Source: Ginkgo biloba
Taxonomy: Eukaryota > Plantae > Ginkgophyta
NCBI GenBank assembly: GCA_024626585.2
Contig: JANKJI020000004.1
Span: 68,454,600-68,500,291 of the forward strand
Direction: 5' to 3'
DNA length: 45,692 nucleotides
Shown: positions 12,180 through 25,469 of the stretch, piece after piece
How positions within the stretch are numbered: position 1 is the stretch's first letter
Layout: each line of letters starts with the position of its first letter
The notes under the pieces: generated by a model
Told to the model about the DNA's origin: nothing
The model's input: the letters and a program-made list of their open reading frames with translations, nothing else
Database searches by the model: none
Position numbers and translations under genes: made by a program

Positions 12180-14460
12180 AAGCCTTTGTATCCCTTGCCT
12201 CACACTTGGCTTCAACCAAAGTTTAGGGAAGCAGTTAGGGTTATTCTTAGGTTCCATTATGCTTCCTTGAAAGTTGTTCTAGCTAACTGTAGTCCTTACT
12301 GATCCTCCTCTCTTCTTCCTAGGCTGTTGCTTTAGGTTAACATTGACCTCTGTCTCCTTAGAGTTAATCATCACTTGCTTATTGTTAATCCTAACCTAAT
12401 TAACTTGATCTGTAATACATTCATTTGCAGAAGGTACTTGGTAGAACCTTAACCCTTGAATTCTATTCTCAACATGCTACCTTTGAGATGCTTACACACC
12501 TTGATCCTTTAGGAGAGGATGTTTGCTCCAACATTATATTTAGCATTAACATTTCCAATCAAAGAACTAATCAATTCCACAATTTTTGGCCTCAAATTTC
12601 CATTGGAAAGAACATTCCTACTTCATTACGATCAATGAAATGCTTGCCAAGATTAGGTGTTGACACTGGTTGTGTGTGATTGTTAGCCCTTGGAAGCTGG
12701 GATGGGCAAAGTCTCCATATAGTACTCTGATTGTGTTGATAAAAGATTCTGCTCAACAGTTTTGTTTTCTTGGCCTAGAAACTATATGATTGCACTATAA
12801 TCATGTTAATTTCACCAGGTGCAAAAGTTCCTTCAGCACATTAGCTGATTTTCTCTGTGAGTGACTGATCTCTCCCAATAGAATTCCATATTTCCAAAGA
12901 CATACATGTAGATCTGAACTATTGATTCCCTTCTCCAAACTAAAATATCCAGAGCTTCATCAAAGAATAGAAAATAGGGTTTGTGCAAAAGGAAGAAGTA
13001 TGGATCAGCCCCTTCCCTATTCGATGTCTTGACAGGGAAACCATTTTGACAACTTGCGAGAATTCATCCTTCAAAGCTCCTTTTCTCCAAACTTAACCAT
13101 TTATATCTATATTATACAATATTAAAAAAAAAAATGCGAGTAAGATATCCTCAAGAGTGGATATAATATTAATCATGCATCAATAAGAAAACACTCGAGT
13201 AAAAAATGAATAGCCAACTATTATATAAACATTTAAAGGGGTCATTATATAGATTTATTTTAAAAATAAGTTATTTATTCATACCCAATTTATACAAGTG
13301 AATGCACAATTTTTGAATCAACCTTAATTTATTTGGTATAGAGAAAGAATTAAAATGGAATATGGGTAAAAGGTCAACACTTTGACTTTCATCAAGTTGA
13401 CAAATATAGATAAACCTACAATTGTTGAATTGTAGCATATATTCTTATGGATTATCGATCTAATATAAATAATATGCACATTAGAATAGACTATTAAACA
13501 TATTATGAAACCTTGGACAAAATCTTAGACCTTAACTATATGTCTTTTGAAGATGTCTTCTTTAAGGGAAAATGGTATAGTTTTAATTGATAGTGATTGA
13601 AACAAAATAATATATTTGTAGTAAAATGGATTTTATGTTATGAATCACACTAGCTTTAAGACAACAATAGAGTTGAATATGTTTGAAGATTAATACATGA
13701 ACAATTTTTCTTCTATAAGCATGCTTATAAAAATTACAACTCATTTATAATTGAATATACTCCCAAGGAACATAGAGTAAAATAAATCAATGAATTATAA
13801 GAAGAAGGTAGTCGTGAAGAATATCAAGAGAATAAACAATAAGAATAAGATGGTGAAGAATAATATAATGATGAATAAAGAGAATATGTAGAAGTTGAAG
13901 AGTAAGAATAAATAATATAGGAGGATGAAGAAGAAATTAATCAACTAAAATATGAGCATGTTGGGAAAGTTAATCTTTTAGACTCTTCTTTTGTAGGAAA
14001 TGACCCTAATTTATAATGAAACATTATGGAAGAAAACATTGTAGGAGGGAACACTCATTTTGATAAAAACATATAATTATTTTTTTATCTATGAATAGAT
14101 TATTACATTTCACATGAAGAGGATATAGAATTTTCATTAAATGAAGACAAAAGGTTTAGTAAGAATAATACACATAAGTGATAATTTATACATATTCTCA
14201 TCATTGTATGATTGTTTTAGGTCTTTCTAACACATAATATTATATTATNNNNNNNNNNNNNNNNNNNNNNNNNNNNNNNNNNNNNNNNNNNNNNNNNNNN
14301 NNNNNNNNNNNNNNNNNNNNNNNNNNNNNNNNNNNNNNNNNNNNNNNNCATGATTTACATTAAGTTATTTTTTTATCTTTTGGAAGTTCTTTCTTTACTA
14401 ACAAAAAGCCTTCAATTTAAATAATGTTAGAAACTTATTTGGAAGTCTTTCTTGCTGCAG

Positions 14461-14844
14461 GCTAAACCTACAAAAGATGATGGTAGTTTTGAGCCTGGAG
14501 AAGTGAGCAATTTAGCATTGGACTGTCATTTCACTCCTTTAATTGATGCCCCTTACCCATCTGAAAGTAACAAATCAATGATCTTACTGCGAAGTGGGTC
14601 AACATCTGATTCTAGGATAGTGTATGATGAAACATCAAATGATACAGAGCCATCAGAGCTGCTGCTAACCAGTGAAGGTGAGCCTACCAATGGCAGTGCC
14701 AATCTGGTGCTTAAAAGTGTTACAATTGATGTGTCAGAAGACAGTAAAAGTGTTTTTAATAGACCAGATGAAGCCACCAATGGTTTTGGAAGCAATGATA
14801 TGGACAGAGATGACTTTGCTCCAACATTCAATTTAGGTTTTTGA
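14461..14844 (+). CDS. ZGRF1: ZGRF1-like helicase probable terminal exon
   Basis: CTTTCTTGCTGCAG| phase-0 acceptor, 127 open acidic/Ser-rich codons ending DDFAPTFNLGF-TGA. Extra exons could be hidden in the N-gaps of the preceding 4.5-kb intron. Confidence 0.75.
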   Translation, partial: AKPTKDDGSFEPGEVSNLALDCHFTPLIDAPYPSESNKSMILLRSGSTSDSRIVYDETSNDTEPSELLLTSEGEPTNGSANLVLKSVTIDVSEDSKSVFNRPDEATNGFGSNDMDRDDFAPTFNLGF

Positions 14845-17800
14845 GATGCTAGAAAACTCACGACAACGAAGGAAATATTGAATAATGTTTTAAGGACACA
14901 ATGCACTGATGTCAGAACAGCTGGGGAAAAAGGCTTAGGAAAATGTTTATTCACAAGAGTGCAGATCATCTCTCCATATGGGACAAGATTATTCTGATTA
15001 ATTGCTGTCTACAACCAAGTACCTTACAATACGGGGTCCTTCTCGCATAGCTTTGCATCATTGCTCCTCTAATTTTGTTTGGTTCAAAAGATACAGTGGT
15101 TGTTCAGTCCATATTTCCCCTTTTTAAAACCTCAAAAAGCTTTTGAGATGTCTTTGCTCAATTCAAATGAACTATCAAGTCTCTAAGAACTATTATTTGT
15201 TCTGTTGCAATGAGAACTAATAATATACAGCTCAAGGCAAAATAAAAAAGAGCTGTCTCCAAAAATGTCCAGTGAGGATATTTTTACAAATCCTTTTAAT
15301 GGAACTAGGAGTTCCTTTTCATCTCCATTCAATCACACCAGGAATCTCTGAATGGAAATTACTTTGATAATGGGGGAAAAACCATTGCATGTTTGTTTTC
15401 CTAGGTTAATCTTATTTCTTTGAAGTCACCAGCATTTTCATAGTCATTCTTTCATGCGTCTTCCAAATAGTCATAGGGTTATAACATTGTGCATTGAAAC
15501 CTATGCTCATGTCAAATGGCCACCTTTAGTTCGTTTCATTGATGAAGCAATATTGTATTCCCTGTATTACCTTGAAGATGCTAATTTTGATTCTTTAAGT
15601 GCTTTTAACCAAAGATATAGTGTTGAAGAAGACATCGTTACATCCTATTGCAGTTTTAGGAAATGAAAAAATGTACTTTTAGTATTTCACATTTATTTGA
15701 AAATAATATATGTCCGTTGTGGATTGTGTACATCAATTGCCCATTTTTTAAGCTAAGCCATCCATGTTAAATCTCGCTAAAAGTCGTTTGTCGTCAGCAA
15801 TTGATGGAAGTCACTGAGTTGGCTCATTGGGATTTAATCGTCATATATTGAAGTACACTACTTGGCTATTTGTTCGCCTCTGCAGCATTTTGAGTGCCAA
15901 AGTCTTATCTCAGAATGGTTATATGCAATTGTTAGTATAAAGCAGTCTAAACGTGTATGGGGAGACCGTGCATCTTGGTAAAGTCTTGTAATTGCCCGGT
16001 GGTGTCGGAGTGACGAAGAAATATCCAAAGAGAGAAGGTTACTGTTGTTTTTTGGACTAAAATGCGGTGTCGCGTAAACGAAAAGGGAACTATGCAGATT
16101 GGCGAGGACGGAGCTTGAATTAAGTCCTATGAGCAACTTTGAGTACAATATCAAAATATAGAGTGAGGTTGGCTTTGAAATATATCAGTGCAATAGCCTG
16201 CTACAGAATAAAAATACCAGGTTACTATGAACAGGCATTCACTCGATGTTTCCTATACTATGATTTCTGTATCATTAGGTTTTATTGTGTAGCACTATAT
16301 AGTAGTTGTCATATGAAACTCGTGATTGATTTTGTTTATTTATAGTTTCAATTTGATCATTGGTAGTCATCTNNNNNNNNNNNNNNNNNNNNNNNNNNNN
16401 NNNNNNNNNNNNNNNNNNNNNNNNNNNNNNNNNNNNNNNNNNNNNNNNNNNNNNNNNNNNNNNNNNNNNNNNNNNNNNNNNNNNNNNNNNNNNNNNNNNN
16501 NNNNNNNNNNNNNNNNNNNNNNNNNNNNNNNNNNNNNNNNNNNNNNNNNNNNNNNNNNNNNNNNNNNNNNNNNNNNNNNNNNNNNNNNNNNNNNNNNNNN
16601 NNNNNNNNNNNNNNNNNNNNNNNNNNNNNNNNNNNNNNNNNNNNNNNNNNNNNNNNNNNNNNNNNNNNNNNNNNNNNNNNNNNNNNNNNNNNNNNNNNNN
16701 NNNNNNNNNNNNNNNNNNNNNNNNNNNNNNNNNNNNNNNNNNNNNNNNNNNNNNNNNNNNNNNNNNNNNNNNNNNNNNNNNNNNNNNNNNNNNNNNNNNN
16801 NNNNNNNNNNNNNNNNNNNNNNNNNNNNNNNNNNNNNNNNNNNNNNNNNNNNNNNNNNNNNNNNNNNNNNNNNNNNNNNNNNNNNNNNNNNNNNNNNNNN
16901 NNNNNNNNNNNNNNNNNNNNNNNNNNNNNNNNNNNNNNNNNNNNNNNNNNNNNNNNNNNNNNNNNNNNNNNNNNNNNNNNNNNNNNNNNNNNNNNNNNNN
17001 NNNNNNNNNNNNNNNNNNNNNNNNNNNNNNNNNNNNNNNNNNNNNNNNNNNNNNNNNNNNNNNNNNNNNNNNNNNNNNNNNNNNNNNNNNNNNNNNNNNN
17101 NNNNNNNNNNNNNNNNNNNNNNNNNNNNNNNNNNNNNNNNNNNNNNNNNNNNNNNNNNNNNNNNNNNNNNNNNNNNNNNNNNNNNAGAAGATTATAAAGT
17201 GATGTTTTGAATGTTTAAATATAATGTAGCTTGATTTAAATTGTACATGGTGCTTTCATTAGTTTCTTTGGTGAACAATTAAATTTGTAAGTACCATGTG
17301 CTCTTTTTTTTATTTCTCGATTTTGCTTTGAGTTTTGTCTTGAGAATTGTTTGTGAGTTCATTGTGTTGCAAGTTTATTTACATAATTTTGATCTATTCT
17401 TGATTTATATATATACCATAATCCATTAACTTATCAATTTGGGATAAATGTACAAGCCATGCAAACAGAAGATTAGAATTAGTTGTGAGAATGAATTTGG
17501 TTGTATTTTAAGGGCATGAGAAAGAGGTGAGGAAGATTGGCTTAACACCTTTATGTTTTAATTATTAATATTTTATTCCAATCACATCTTGAATGGTTGT
17601 AAGTAGATTGTGCATTAGCTTAAAGTAATGATGATGTGAAAACATAGATGAAATTTGTATGCTTTAATGATTTTCTCTTTTTTTTTTGTGTTAAATCATT
17701 TCGACCAAAAATAAATTTTATTAAGAAAATTAAAAAATCATTTATTTTGATATTGTTCTTCATTTTCACAAAACATACAAATGTTTATGAAATGAAGAAG

Positions 17801-18090
17801 TTACATATGTACTACAAGATAATACTTATTTTTTTAATCTAGTGTATGATTTCCTTCATCTCATTTGTAACCATTTTGAGATTGTCCATTATGCATTTCA
17901 TGTGGAATTCTTTCATTTGAATTTTTTAGATTTCATATATTATACTCTTGAAGAATACTTGTTACAATGTTTGTGAGAGCTTGTCATTCCCAAACCACGT
18001 AAGGATTTTAATCAAGGTAAGGACACATAAAATTTAATTATGCTCTATAGTTGATCATCAAGTTGCCTTAATTTAGAATAATTTTAATAT

Positions 18091-18338
18091 TGTTGGAATA
18101 ATGCATAGTTGTTGAAATATTTAATTAAGTGTTAACCTAGGGATAAATATATAAGGTTGTGTCATTTGATGTAGGGTTACGAGTCATTTTATAAATGCTT
18201 GTAATATTCACTTGAATATCACTTGTATTTGATTAGCACTCACTTGAACATGACTTGAATGTATTGATATTTCCATGTATATACTTATGCAATATTATTC
18301 TCTATTCTACTCTACCATTTCAACATGGTATCAGAGCC
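18091..18338 (+). mobile_element. Short 5' LTR (~235 bp) plus tRNA-iMet primer-binding site
   Basis: TGTTGGAA...TTTCAACA (18091-18325) immediately followed by TGGTATCAGAGCC (18326-18338). Confidence 0.8.
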
Positions 18339-19389
18339 ATGTTCTTTAGGATTGTGAGGATGAGGTTAGGAATGGAATTCCAAGCTATGTGAGAGGACAT
18401 AAGGACTAATAATGGTGATTGATCTAACTGTTATGATGAAATGAGTGATGCATCCTTGGATTGGAAGGAGATGATGAAACTACAAACAAATGGAAGCAAG
18501 ATCATGAATAATGAATCAAAGGTGATGCAAAATTGAAGAGATAATTNNNNNNNNNNNNNNNNNNNNNNNNNNNNNNNNNNNNNNNNNNNNNNNNNNNNNN
18601 NNNNNNNNNNNNNNNNNNNNNNNNNNNNNNNNNNNNNNNNNNNNNNTAGGATTCTTGTTTTATATCATAATGAATCTATAAATACTTCCTTGAGTCCAAA
18701 TCTCCTAGTTCAAAGATAAATCAAGATAAAAAAAATATATTAATAACCTTTTCCAAATCATAATTATCATAATAAAGGTAATAATCTAAACCAAAATACA
18801 AAATTAGAAAATTTGAGGAGTCTTCTACCTCGCCTTTAGAAGATGAGGAAAAAACATTACCTCAAAAACTAGTCAAGAAAATTAACCATTTAAGTAANNN
18901 NNNNNNNNNNNNNNNNNNNNNNNNNNNNNNNCCTCTTGATCCTAATTACCAACCATCAACTTCTAAGGATATCAAAATCAACATTAATAATAAGGGTTTC
19001 AAGGTTATTATCTTCATCAAAACCATAACTAAAATTCCTAAAGAGGTTATGATTACAACTTGAGCTCAAGATTATAAATAAGTTATCCAAGCCTTAAAAA
19101 TCCCTCCTCTTCCTATTGTAACTAAAACATCACCCTTCATTATGGAATCATTAATAGAAAAACCATTACCTACTACTCAACTAGTAAGTGTGGGTTTCAG
19201 AATACCTATTCCTAAATTAACCAAAGGAAAGTACTATTCCATTATCGATGAGTTATATTATATCTCCTTTGGTGTGTCATTAATAGATGTCCTTAAGAGT
19301 TGTTCAAACCAAATGGATTCATTTTTATCACACTATCTATGACTCTCCCTAGCAATCAATGTGATCTTTTTGTATTAAACCATTCAATC

Positions 19390-21939
19390 TCCCTAAGTAA
19401 TAATACCAAAAGGATAATATGGCCAACCCTTTTCACATTCAAGTTGGAATTGGTAAGTTTACCATACAAAGTTTTATCATTGATCCTAGGTTTTCAATTA
19501 ATGTCATGTGATTATCAATTTATAAATAGTTAGGGATCAATGACCTTCAACCAACCTGCAAGGTTTGTCAAGGGTATGAAAAATCATTAAAAACCCTTCT
19601 AATACAAGCCTCTCTTTTATTTACACTTAATGAAAATATAGTCACAATTGAAGTAGTCATTCTCAATCAAGTACTTGACTATAACATTTGAGGGATCAAT
19701 GAGATGGAAATAGTGGTCTCTTTATTATTTAGAGAGATCTAATTATTTCACATGGGTCAACTTCATAATATAAAAAGGGTTAAACATTTCCTAACTGACA
19801 CTACAAATACCTTGTTGGACACCATTCCCTTGCTTCACATTACCTCTAAAATAAGTATAAAAAAGATGCAGAACATGAACTAAGGATTTTTCTCCACTGG
19901 GTCTTGGTTAATATATCTTTTTAGAGGAATCAAATCTCTAATATATTTTACCTCTCAAGAAGAGGCTACTCTGTTAGAGCATTCCCAACTTCACCATGTC
20001 CATATGATTTTAACTTACCAACTTGAGTAAAAATCATATTTATCTAATTCTAGTCTCCTAGATACATTTTCCTTCCACTCAATTTTTGATAGTATCTCTC
20101 CTTTTCAAGACCATTTTGAAGAAGAAAATACCATGCTAATTGAAGCTAGAATAGACATTAACGTTAATATAAGTCCCACTCCCAAAATTATTGAATTGGG
20201 AACTAGTTATTCCCCTTAAGAAATCAAGAAATATACATAATTATGCTAAGAATTTTCAAATATCTTTGCATGGGAGTATGCAAAAATGAAGGTTATGGAC
20301 CCTAATATTATCTCTCACAAAATTATTGTGGAACCTAGCACTAAATTAATTAGACAAAAACAACAACCATTACATCCTAAAATCTCTATTGCCATCAAAC
20401 AAGAGGTTAAAAAGTTAATAAATGTTGGACTCATAATTCTTGTTGATTATCCTTGATGGGTATTGAAAATATTCCCTATTTTCAAGAATGTGCAATACAT
20501 ATTTTCATTGACTTCTACAATATTAGTGAGGCTTGTCCCAATGATAGTTTTCCACTACCTTTTAGTGACCAAGTCCTTGCTAAGACAATTGGGTTTGTAT
20601 TATTGTCTCTCCTGAATGATTTTTATAGATACAATAAAATATTCATCACTNNNNNNNNNNNNNNCCATAAGACATCATTTACCACCCCATGGGGGACATT
20701 TTCTTATAAATCCATGTCATTTAGTCTAATAAATGTTGGTTCCATTTACCAAAGGGAAATGACTTTTGTCTTCAATGACCTCATCAATAAGGCAATCCAA
20801 CCATACATCGATGACCTCCTCAGATTGTCTAAAAAATGTAAAGATCATTGAGAAGGTTTATAGTTTACTTTACATTTAAGGCCAAGCCCCTCCCAACTCT
20901 CCTCAAGAAGGGGATGCCCTTTCTATAGAACTATGNNNNNNNNNNNNNNNNNNNNNNNNNNNNNNNNCCTTGATATCTACTCCCATCCTAATGCCTCTAT
21001 CCTTCTAAAATTTATTCATCATTTATAATTTAGAAATAGAATGATCCCTTGGGGGTATTTTATCCCAAAAGGATAATTAGGGAAAATAATGAGAAATATA
21101 TTTCATTATTAAAACTCCCATCGATTATAAACTTAACTATTCTTTTATGGAGAAATTATATCTTGCCTTTTTTTTTAACTACAAAGAAATTAAGGCAATA
21201 TTTTCTTAATGCCTATATGGATATAATCATCTAGTCTGATCCCTTAATTTATATATTATCTAATCTATATCACACTAGTTGTGTTTGAAAGTGGACTATT
21301 ATTCTCTAAGAATTCAATTTTAAAATCATTGAACAAAATTTCAAGAAAGGAATGGTCATTGACGAATAATTGGTCGAAGCACAACTTCCTAATAATGAAT
21401 AAGAGCTTGTTGATGATAGTATCCTTGAGAAAAGTATCCTTCACGTTGATTGTAAGGATATTGTTAAACATGAATGATACAAATATATTATTACCTAACT
21501 TAAAACTCAAGGATATTCGAATACCATAATGCCTAAATAAAGGAATAAGACTCAAGCCACAACTAAGGAATATATTCTCCTAGGAGATGCTTTATGCAAG
21601 CAATCATTTGATGGCATCCTCTTATAATAAATTAATCCCACTAAATCCAAAAAGTTACTATATTAATCTCATGAAATCATTTGTAGAAGACACTTTAGTG
21701 AAAAACCCAAGACCCTTAAAATATTAGGAATTAGCTATTATTGGTTGATAGTATTTCGTGATGCTCACGATTACATGCATAGATTTCACAAATGCCAAGA
21801 GAATTATAATTTGTACCACACCCTTACAAAATCCCTCTAATCAATTTCAACCTCTTGACCCTTCTTGAAATAGGGCCTCAACCTCATTGGTGCAATTAAT
21901 TCCTCTGTCCTCAAATCAACACAAATTTATATTGGAAGC
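19390..21939 (+). mobile_element. Degenerate non-chromovirus Ty3/gypsy pol (protease-RT-RNaseH-integrase)
   Basis: EFSNIFAWEYAKMKVMDPNIISH, ACPNDSFPLP, KTSFTTPWGTFSY, QPYIDDLL (YxDD) and integrase YYW region. Many stops and frameshifts. Confidence 0.9.
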
Positions 21940-22319
21940 NNNNNNNNNNNNNNNNNNNNNNNNNNNNNNNNNNNNNNNNNNNNNNNNNNNNNNNNNNNNN
22001 NNNNNNNNNNNNNNNNNNNNNNNNNNNNNNNNNNNNNNNTTAGGTAGACACCTAACTATAAGTATTATTATATAAAAATAATTAATAAGAGGATATTTTA
22101 TGATAATTTTTTTTTATAGGCATGTGTGTGTGTGTGTGCATGCACACACATAAATACATACATGTTGACCACTTGAAAGGGTACCCTTATATTTTTATTC
22201 AACATATAAGTTTTTTTTAGTTTGATTTTGAAAGACAGTTTTACAAGCTAGGGATGAAAAAAGAATATGAAATTAGTTTCTTGTATTCAAAAAATATTTG
22301 TTATAATTAATCCCATCAT

Positions 22320-23800
22320 ATGATAGAGTAATATAAGGAATATGGTATCGGCATAGGACATTCTCCCATCTTGTGGACCATATACAACCATTATCAAGAA
22401 GTTACATTATTGGAGAACCTTTTTCAAAATCTAAGTTCACGTTGAAGATAGGTACATCCATTGTGATATTTTCCAAAACTTATGCCAGCCTCATGATCTC
22501 TATATTTTCATTCCTAGAAATCATGTTCCTGTATTGGAAAATATAGATTCATGTTCTATATGTCCCATCTACCATCATCCTCCAATAGAAAGTTAAGCAT
22601 GTTTGAAGAAGGGATTTTCTCATCCAAGGGGATGAAAATACATGAAATAATTCTGTTCCGATTCACCTCTTCCCTCACCAAGTACTTTAGATCCTCCAAG
22701 TTTGCATCCATATCACATGGTGCTAGGATATGTTCATTAAAGGATAGGCTTTGTGCAAAGTCCTTTCCACTTATTCTCATCAAGTAGTAGATCTTGTTAA
22801 TCCATAAGTGGATGATTTACACAGACTACTCTCTCACACTAGACCCCTACTTGTTCTTTACTCTTTCTAATTCCACCCATACCATTCTCTTTTCCTCATG
22901 CATCTCTGGAAAATAAGGAAAAGATTCATCCATGCTCCATCCTGATTCATTTACATTTGTGTTTCTCAAACCTCCCATAGCATTCCTCACTCAATTTCAC
23001 TACCATACACCAAGAAATTAATATTTTTGATCTTCACTCCATAACAACCTCGTCTCAGCATAATTTCCCAATCACTACTACTATATCCATGCTCATCCTT
23101 TGGTTATCCCGACGAATTTATTAAAAAATTCCCATTTTTCATGAATCTTTTGGCACCTCCAAAGTCACTTCTATGGTCGCTTCTCTTGAAGAGTTCATAG
23201 GCCACAACATGATTTGTGTATACTATAATGTAGAATAATGGGAGCGAAGAAGATTCAACATCCTAGAACAAAGATTTTATCATGTTTCTAAGATCCCCTG
23301 GGTTGACATAGTAATCCTTGGGTCAACTAGGGAGAAAGATCCAATTAAGGGAATGGTCACTCCATGGAATCCTATTCCTCTCTAACTCAATTAGGGAAAA
23401 ATATACGAGGTAATGGAGCTTCTTATCCTTGGGGCCACCTTCTCTATGACTTGATTAAGGAGTGACATGAAAACCAAAGACCCTCCCAATCTTTGCTCAG
23501 TCAAGGAAGGATAAGACATGTCAGAGTAAGGGAGTTGTGTGCCCCTCCCTTGATCTCCCTATGTTTTTTCTTAGTTAGGGAGTATCCTCACATATCAGAA
23601 TAAGGGAGTCTACACTTTGATGGTGGTTATTAACAACTTGGTTAGTGGATGTTAATGGCCTCTTTTATTAAAACATCTTATATGATCCTTCATCGTTGCT
23701 AATGACCTAGTGGCACTCATGGCATAATATAATACGATCATATGGCAATGAATCAATAATGTGACCCCCCAAACAATAGTTGTTTTAATGCATTCAAATA
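22320..23800 (-). mobile_element. Probable decayed LTR-retrotransposon gag/leader fragment
   Basis: Weak gag-like minus-strand translation and repeated LTR-leader-like motifs. No diagnostic domain recovered. Confidence 0.3.
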
Positions 23801-25469
23801 TTACAAAATTACCATAATGCATGCATTATATATTAATCTCCCTATTCTAATAGCATGTGATTAATATCATTACTNNNNNNNNNNNNNNNNNNNNNNNNNN
23901 NNNNNNNNNNNNNNNNNNNNNNNNNNNNNNNNNNNNNNNNNNNNNNNNNNNNNNNNNNNNNNNNNNNNNNNNNNCTGAATTAAATCTTCTCTGCAGTAAT
24001 AACTCATGAAGGCCAACCCACCTCTGAGAAAGGCATTATTTCATCATATACACATTTCAAGTCTCCCGAGTTGATATAGTCAGCTATCATTGACTCTTTC
24101 TTGCCTTTTATAGTGTAATATTAATTAAAATGCAAACAGAAAAATATCAGGTCATGCTTTAGCTCTGATTTGCCGTGCAGCAAAGAACCAAGACACTAAG
24201 AAGTGTGACATTTTGTTTTGAAATCCTTTGCTTCAGAGACCTATTGGGACAATAAAATGTACAAGTGCTAAAGATGAAAGCTTTCTGTAGAGGAGTCTTA
24301 AATCTATCCAAGGGACACTTTGCAGAATTCTATGCAAAACCATCGAAATCGTTATTTCATCTTACAGTAATTTATCAAGCAGTGAGAAGTATCCTTAATA
24401 TAAGTAGTTTCCTATTTGTAGCTGCTCTTTTGCAAATGAATGACAATTGTTCATAAGTTTCAAAAATGGTATACAAATAAATCATATTCCTTGAATTTCA
24501 CATTACACAATATTTGGGCTTCTAAGAGCCGCTTCCCACAGGCTGATAAATTCAATTAAGTTTGAATATCAAATTCTTTTGTTTCACACAGCGTTCCGTT
24601 AAAAGGTTCTGTTAGAAATAAATAAAATTAAGATTCACTGAATTCTGTTCTATTGTGCTTTCTTAAATTACTTATCGATCTACTTTAGAGAAGTTTAAAA
24701 GATCATATTTTAGAAAAAATATTTTCATTCTATATATCAGTCAGTGCTAAGTGGCCCTAAAATGGTCTAGATTGATTAGTGTTGTTTTAATTCAATCTGG
24801 CAAGCATCTCATTACAAACTGAAAAATTCAAAGAAACTGAAATCAAGATACACTAGTGAAATTTTACTTTGTTGCATGTCATACACAAGTTGAAGAGAAC
24901 CTTAAGCCTATGCCGGATGTACCAACTCCTAGGCATTTATTCTTATGAGTTCTCTTCATGAAGAACAAGGAGAAGCTCTTCCTGATTTTAATTTGATTGT
25001 ACTTGAAATAAAAATGGTTGTACATGTATGGATTTGATTATAGATGAGAACAGTCTTCATTCCATTTCCAAAGGAACAAGAATGGAACCATGGGAAGCCA
25101 AGCTTCTTAGGTGATTTAGTCCCAAGCTCTCCATTCCTTTGCAGTCGATTGTTGGAGTTGGGACTGATATTGTGAGTGCACATGATGACTAATGTACTCC
25201 TGACCACAGCTGNNNNNNNNNNAACCATTAGAACAAACATACTAGTGTTTTCCTTTCGATGCAGAGCCTCTAGTTGAATGATCTGTACTACAATTGCTGT
25301 CTGTAAAAAAGAAATTAGACTCATGAATGAATTTTCAAATGCTAAGAAAAATTGTGACATACAAAGGTACACTCTGAAATTTTCTTGAGAAATACAGAGG
25401 CCAAATGTCTTTCATTATTCCATTGCTAACGATTCCATGAGCCTCGTTAAGGGTTATAATCAAACACTT

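Noticed and set aside
11324-12226. Long ORFs of 230-310 aa here and at 16326-17210, 27885-28863 and 31892-32719
   Set aside because: Almost entirely N-gap read-through.
1-14844. DNA-repair gene cluster (RFWD3-like plus ZGRF1-like)
   Set aside because: The RING copies are disabled fragments with no WD40 region visible, so adjacency alone does not support a functional system.
14553-14969. 138-aa antisense ORF (similarly 26475-26759 and 25767-26015)
   Set aside because: Shadows of real coding exons on the opposite strand.
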